NCBI GenBank assembly: GCA_947626115.1
Contig: CANQQX010000002.1
Coordinates: 2,871-66,870, forward strand
DNA: 64,000 nt
From: an uncultured Bacilli bacterium
GTDB lineage: Bacteria > Bacillota_I > Bacilli_A > RF39 > UBA660
Direction: 5' to 3'
The translations under genes were made by a program, and so were the position numbers. Below, piece after piece: positions 62,755-64,000 of the stretch (within the stretch, counting starts at the first letter, position 1; every line of letters starts with the position of its first letter). Under the pieces are notes generated by a model. It ran no database searches, had not been told where the DNA came from, and was given only the letters and a program-made list of their open reading frames with translations.

Positions 62755-64000
62755 ATGAACGAAGAAGTAAAAAATAATGAGAATAAGAAGAAACAAAAGG
62801 TAGCAATACTAATAGGTTTAGTAACATTGTTAATAGCGGTACTTGGAGCCACTTATGCTTACTTTCAAATAAGTACAAATAATGAAAGTAGTAATACAAC
62901 TATAACCGGAAAAACACCACCAAAAAGTTTGGTAACATTAAAACCGGGAGCGGATAATTTACATTTAAATATAAGTGCAAGTGATATGTCATATGAAAAT
63001 AGGACAAAAGAATATTATGGAACAGATGGAGAAGACCCATATGTAGGAACAGAAGAATTAGGAACAAAGACAATAGCATCAGTAGAATTAACTGGTGGAG
63101 AAGAGACAACAAAATATAGTTGTACAGCTAAATTAATAGTATCAAAGGTAACAGAACCTTTAGATGAAGCAGATACAATGATAGAAGTCTTACAACCAGG
63201 AGATATGATATTACAATTTAAAGGGAATATCATAAGTGAGAAATTAGATTTAAGTGATTTAAAGACAACAGGAAGTAAAGAATATGAATTAAAGTTTAAA
63301 GTAACAGGAAATACACCAGAAGAAATACAAGCATATATTAAATTATTAAATAAAGCAACACAACAAAATTATTTAGCAGGGAAGAAATTAAATATAGATA
63401 TAAATACAAGTGAATTAAAATGTGAAATATTTATATCAGATCCAAAGATAGCACGGTTAAGAGCAGACGATAGTAAAGGATATTTAAGTGAAGAATTACA
63501 AGGTGGAATGTATAGATATCAAGCATCATTTCCAGATAGTGATTCATCAGAAATGACGAATTGGATATGCTTCGGAACAACAGAAAATTGTGGTACAGAT
63601 GAAACAGATAGTGATGGTAATAGTATACCAGATGGAATAGATAAATATATGTACAGAATAATAGGAATAACAGACGAAGGTCAAATATATTTAATAAAAG
63701 AGACATTCTTAAAGGAAGACAATTACGGGATGTCGTGGGGAAAAAGCTACATCTCGGATTGTTTGGGGGATGAATGTGAGTGGCCAAATTCTGATATATA
63801 TAAAAGATTGAATGGAACACCAACTGGAGATGGCATTCCGATCCCTGGAATTAGCAATCCAATATTTGTAAATAGTAGTGACTATGAATATATGACCAAA
63901 GGTAGTGAATGGTACAATTTAATAGCAGACCATAAATGGATGTATGGCGATACAAATACTACAGACCATTCAATACTATATAATGGAGATGCAATGTATG
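62755..64000 (+). CDS. Secreted protein with SipW-type (TasA/CalY-like) signal peptide, 3' end outside the window; absent from the ORF track
   Basis: SD GAAAGGA and ATG 62755. I translated the frame by eye to the window end without finding a stop. The N-terminus is KKKQKVAILIGLVTLLIAVLGATYAYFQ. Strong ATA/ACA/GGA/AGA codon bias produces the minus-strand shadow ORFs. Confidence 0.65.
   Translation, partial: MNEEVKNNENKKKQKVAILIGLVTLLIAVLGATYAYFQISTNNESSNTTITGKTPPKSLVTLKPGADNLHLNISASDMSYENRTKEYYGTDGEDPYVGTEELGTKTIASVELTGGEETTKYSCTAKLIVSKVTEPLDEADTMIEVLQPGDMILQFKGNIISEKLDLSDLKTTGSKEYELKFKVTGNTPEEIQAYIKLLNKATQQNYLAGKKLNIDINTSELKCEIFISDPKIARLRADDSKGYLSEELQGGMYRYQASFPDSDSSEMTNWICFGTTENCGTDETDSDGNSIPDGIDKYMYRIIGITDEGQIYLIKETFLKEDNYGMSWGKSYISDCLGDECEWPNSDIYKRLNGTPTGDGIPIPGISNPIFVNSSDYEYMTKGSEWYNLIADHKWMYGDTNTTDHSILYNGDAMY

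Noticed and set aside
62667-63823. Minus-strand ORFs 62667-62852, 62900-63112, 63015-63233 and 63431-63823
   Set aside because: These are shadows of the plus-strand gene starting at 62755, which the track omits because it has no stop in the window. That gene's purine-rich, A-ending codon usage removes stops from the complementary frames.
1-64000. Mollicutes-type genetic code (TGA = Trp), suggested by the extreme AT content
   Set aside because: Conserved genes (for example ftsW, the histidine kinase and the methyltransferase) terminate at TGA at the expected length. No conserved gene needs TGA read-through.
1-64000. rRNA genes, CRISPR arrays, cas genes, IS elements with terminal inverted repeats
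   Set aside because: None detected by eye. The only RNA gene I can support is tRNA-Thr at 42797-42870. The InsA-like ribbon at 14579 is fused to a GIY-YIG domain, not an IS1 transposase.

Overview
Very AT-rich Bacillota-type chromosome segment, read with the standard code (TGA acts as a stop in conserved genes). I see three blocks. (1) Nt 1 to about 26395 is the right-hand 26 kb or more of an integrative conjugative element (ICE). It carries a Cna-B-type adhesin with a dedicated sortase, SSB, VirB6-, VirB3- and VirB4-like T4SS genes, an M23 wall hydrolase, an RHH/MobC/relaxase relaxosome block, about 8 kb of accessory cargo, a VirD4-type coupling protein and a large serine recombinase. Its right junction lies inside a class B penicillin-binding protein gene. 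Only the part from the SxN box to the PASTA domain (26391-27260) is present, directly upstream of mraY-ftsW. (2) The core chromosome carries mraY, ftsW, a RelB/ParE pair with a frameshifted toxin, a GT8 enzyme, lemA-DUF2207, an ABC exporter, rnhC, cvpA, trxA, uvrC, murF-ddl, and a Bacillus yrr-like block (ireB-ruvX-DUF1292-mltG-O-methyltransferase-two U32 peptidases-greA). (3) A 5.4-kb integrative mobilizable element (IME, 42865-48283) sits at the 3' end of tRNA-Thr(CGU). It is flanked by about 35-bp imperfect direct repeats and encodes a second large serine recombinase, an oriT-like inverted-repeat cluster, a MobV relaxase and one 400-aa orphan cargo gene. A degenerate second oriT copy lies just outside its right repeat. 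The most notable non-standard signals are: the ICE-split PBP gene; a roughly 215-nt nested-hairpin element upstream of the relaxosome genes; uncharacterised ICE cargo cassettes (TM + wHTH + Zn-ribbon/GIY-YIG; acyltransferase + histidine kinase + stand-alone receiver); a relaxase whose conserved N-terminus has no canonical start codon; and a G8 tract inside the promoter spacer of a codon-atypical secreted-protein gene. I saw no rRNA, CRISPR array or phage structural genes. All homology statements come from motif recognition by eye, and no database search was possible.
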